Shown here piece after piece: positions 63,580 to 64,000 of a DNA stretch of 64,000 nucleotides; the first letter of the stretch is position 1, and every line of letters starts with the position of its first letter. Made by a program: the position numbers and the translations under genes. The stretch is from Candidatus Bathyarchaeia archaeon (GTDB lineage: Archaea > Thermoproteota > Bathyarchaeia > 40CM-2-53-6): NCBI GenBank assembly GCA_050013255.1, contig JBEKFP010000001.1, positions 864,001 through 928,000 on the forward strand, in the 5' to 3' direction. The notes beneath the pieces are model-generated. The model was not told where the DNA came from. It saw only the letters and a program-made list of their open reading frames with translations, and did no database searches.

Positions 63580-64000
63580 ATGACACAGGTAGAGGCAATC
63601 TTCTCCGACTATGATGGTACCCTATGCGCACTGGAACTTCGACGAGAAGACGCGTTTATCTCACCTAGGCTAAGGCGGGTGCTCACCAAAGCGAGTAAAC
63701 GGGTCAAGCTAGGCATCATAACGACCAAGGACCTTTACTTCATCAAGGACCGGGTACCATTTGCACACGGCTACGCAGCTACATCCGGATTAGAGATGCA
63801 AGTGGGCGACAAAATCACCCTCGACGAACGCGTCCGCGAATCCAACCCAAAGCTTGAGAAAGCATATCAAGACGCTCTCAAGAAAATACTTCAGATCCGC
63901 GACAACATAATGGTGGAAAGGAAGGAGACAGAGGACGGCGGCCTGATTGCTTTCTGCATTGATTGGAGGCTGTCGCGAAATTGGGATGAAGCGCATAGAA
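63580..64000 (+). CDS. HAD-IIB hydrolase (trehalose/sucrose-phosphate phosphatase-like), 3'-truncated by window
   Basis: ATG 63580: MTQVEAIFSDYDGTL (DxDGT motif I), GIITTK (motif II), SGLE; frame open to window end. Confidence 0.8.
   Translation, partial: MTQVEAIFSDYDGTLCALELRREDAFISPRLRRVLTKASKRVKLGIITTKDLYFIKDRVPFAHGYAATSGLEMQVGDKITLDERVRESNPKLEKAYQDALKKILQIRDNIMVERKETEDGGLIAFCIDWRLSRNWDEAHR

Overview
Archaeal chromosomal DNA, most likely a TACK-group organism such as Bathyarchaeia. This is inferred from a eukaryote-like topoisomerase IB, aCPSF1-proteasome beta, Lsm-rpl37e, SepF, Lhr and PGF-type C-terminal sorting signals. From left to right: (1) 1-4.6 kb, the edge of a defence-like island (PD-(D/E)xK-like protein, DUF5677, PIN, ABC/AAA ATPase, 5'-truncated DUF5131) ending at an apparent head-to-head deletion scar near 4352; (2) a fused Fe-S/flavin amino-acid dehydrogenase pair; (3) surface proteins; (4) a ZnuABC-type importer with a NikR-family regulator that has an altered metal site and a NikR-geometry operator; (5) a cobamide nucleotide-loop/alpha-ribazole salvage cluster (ECF S component, cobZ, cobS, cobY, cblT, cblS); (6) a SelB-like factor and accessory genes; (7) a 10 kb Cu/Ni/Zn metal-acquisition locus (NiCoT, ZIP, an exported protein predicted to start His-Thr-His, a CopC-CopD-YtkA-Vgb propeller fusion, two paralogous blue-copper proteins, a metzincin); (8) metabolic and repair genes (SerA-like, Tat beta-carbonic anhydrase, Tag, TopIB, nitroreductase-LutC-LutBA, proteases); (9) a conserved archaeal core block; (10) SWIM-Lhr, GT4 and a partial HAD gene. 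No rRNA, tRNA, CRISPR array, transposase or integrase was recognised. TTG starts are unusually common and several genes appear to need CTG/ATT/ATA/ATC starts. All family calls come from motif recognition by eye, not from database searches.
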